A stretch of DNA of 63,952 bases, counting the filler, from Octopus bimaculoides (Eukaryota), in NCBI RefSeq assembly GCF_001194135.2. It is 9 parts of 7 records of this genome, joined end to end, with 100 filler letters (N's around TTAATTAATTAA, not from the genome) between each part and the next. Parts side by side here need not be neighbours in the genome. Positions count along the whole stretch, not along the records: positions 60,275 to 63,952 come from NC_068989.1; 8 more parts are not named here. One strand, written 5' to 3'. Below the pieces are notes generated by a model. It had not been told where the DNA came from. It made no database searches and worked only from the letters and a program-made list of their open reading frames with translations. This document shows, in pieces, positions 63,866-63,952 of this stretch; positions within the stretch are counted from its first letter, which is position 1, and each line of letters starts with the position of its first letter. The position numbers and the translations under genes were made by a program.

Positions 63866-63952
<87 letters not shown>
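63866..63952. repeat. (TTA/TAA)n microsatellite abutting the R4 5' junction
   Basis: Seen directly. Other long (TAA)n tracts lie at 276-315, about 1091-1188, 16946-17010 and 21554-21917. Confidence 0.98.

Overview
AT-rich, microsatellite-laden animal genomic DNA with many N gaps. The SINE families look like those of Octopus (coleoid cephalopod); this is an inference from recalled repeat sequence, not from a search. No intact protein-coding gene is supportable, and almost all listed ORFs are microsatellite or N artefacts. The window is mostly retro- and DNA-transposon debris: three tRNA-type SINE families (one forming head-to-tail arrays), R4/Dong-type LINE pieces in (TAA)n tracts, two RTE LINE remnants, a CR1/Jockey 3' end, Penelope-like RT and GIY-YIG fragments, four mariner transposase remnants, a hAT remnant and two MITEs with target-site duplications. 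Candidate non-coding 5' exons and a promoter lie at about 47.8-48.8 kb, and a motif-rich promoter candidate at about 55.8-56.05 kb. The most notable signals are these. First, there are at least seven sequence-unrelated type I hammerhead-ribozyme-like motifs, two with a fully intact core (about 25.06 kb and 53.6 kb) and two one substitution away (about 4.92 kb and 38.2 kb). Second, there is a set of fold-back structures: a 155-bp inverted SINE duplication, a (CCCTAA)n-spacer-(TTAGGG)n palindrome beside a GC hairpin, a 92-bp spacer-less palindrome and a 44-bp pre-miRNA-like hairpin. Third, an R4 element is present in permuted order.
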